From: an uncultured Candidatus Binatia bacterium
GTDB lineage: Bacteria; Desulfobacterota; Binatia; UBA9968; CAXXLF01
Assembly: GCA_965218425.1 (NCBI GenBank)
Contig: OZ244621.1
Span: 2,528,001-2,592,000, forward strand
Length of the DNA stretch: 64,000 nt
Direction of reading: 5' to 3'
Position 1 is the first letter of the stretch; each line of letters opens with the position of its first letter. Below, piece by piece: positions 63,540 through 64,000 of this stretch. The notes beneath the pieces were generated by a model. It made no database searches. It was given only the letters and a program-made list of their open reading frames with translations, and was not told where the DNA came from. A program made the translations under genes and the position numbers.

Positions 63540-63915
63540 ATGACGCTCGAACGTACACGCTGGGACATCGTGGGTCTTGCGCTGGCCGCCGGCTACATCG
63601 TGGGTCTTCAGGTCGGAAAAGTACCCCCGGCGCTGCCCATCCTGCAGGACGAACTGGGCATGACCCGCGTTGCCGCCGGCCTGGTCGCTTCCTCCTTTTA
63701 CGGCATCGGTGCCGTTCTCGGTGTCCCCGGAGGACTGCTCGCCGACCGGCTGGGTCCGATGCGCCTGGTCATTGCCGGCGGCCTGGTGATGGCGATTGCG
63801 GGCCTGGCGGGCGGCTTCGCCGCAAACGGCGCGCTTCTGCTCGCAACCCGCCTCGTGGAAGGGTTTGGTTTCCTCGCGCTCACGGTCGCCTCGCCCAAGC
63901 TCATCGGCGCCTCAC
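63540..63915 (+). pseudogene. MFS transporter N-terminal fragment
   Basis: ATG 63540 frame reads QVGKVPPALP.LQ.ELG, G.LADRLG, RLVEGFGF; similarity appears to end near 63912. Confidence 0.75.
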
Positions 63916-64000
63916 GTAAAGCGCAAGGGCCCCTTCATGACCCTGCGGACATCCATCATGGCTGGGAATGGTCGGCGGGCCTTCGAAATGAAAATAAATG

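Noticed and set aside
1..64000. CRISPR array or cas genes
   Set aside because: No regularly spaced short repeats with unique spacers and no Cas motifs seen

Overview
The first ~8.5 kb is conserved chromosome from a deltaproteobacterium-like bacterium (taxonomy inferred from protein style only): ftsA(3')-ftsZ, acpS, mtnA, gshA, a deoxynucleoside kinase, panBCD behind a probable pan-motif attenuator, smpB and tmRNA (ssrA, 8178-8529). A ~39.9-kb island is integrated in the tmRNA 3' end, with attL at ~8511, a damaged attR at ~48400 and a P4-type integrase. It has a satellite-like core (HTH, Toprim primase, ATPase, iteron-like origin) and defence-type cargo. That cargo is a 1286-aa RecD-like helicase-nuclease between degenerate direct repeats, a YeeA/B/C-type locus (methyltransferase broken, DinJ-YafQ inserted), an uncharacterised three-gene HEPN operon, a decayed type I RM locus and a row of orphan genes joined by promoter-bearing repeats. 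Three near-identical IS3 copies lie in the island. Past attR is the stub of a second tandem island and a patchwork of acquired, partly decayed DNA: an intact aapJQMP transporter, a sterol-reductase-like pseudogene, a RAYT transposase with REP-like repeats around a HigBA module, a PLP decarboxylase, a Cache-domain autotransporter and IS6/Tn3 remnants. All family calls come from visual motif recognition; no searches were run.
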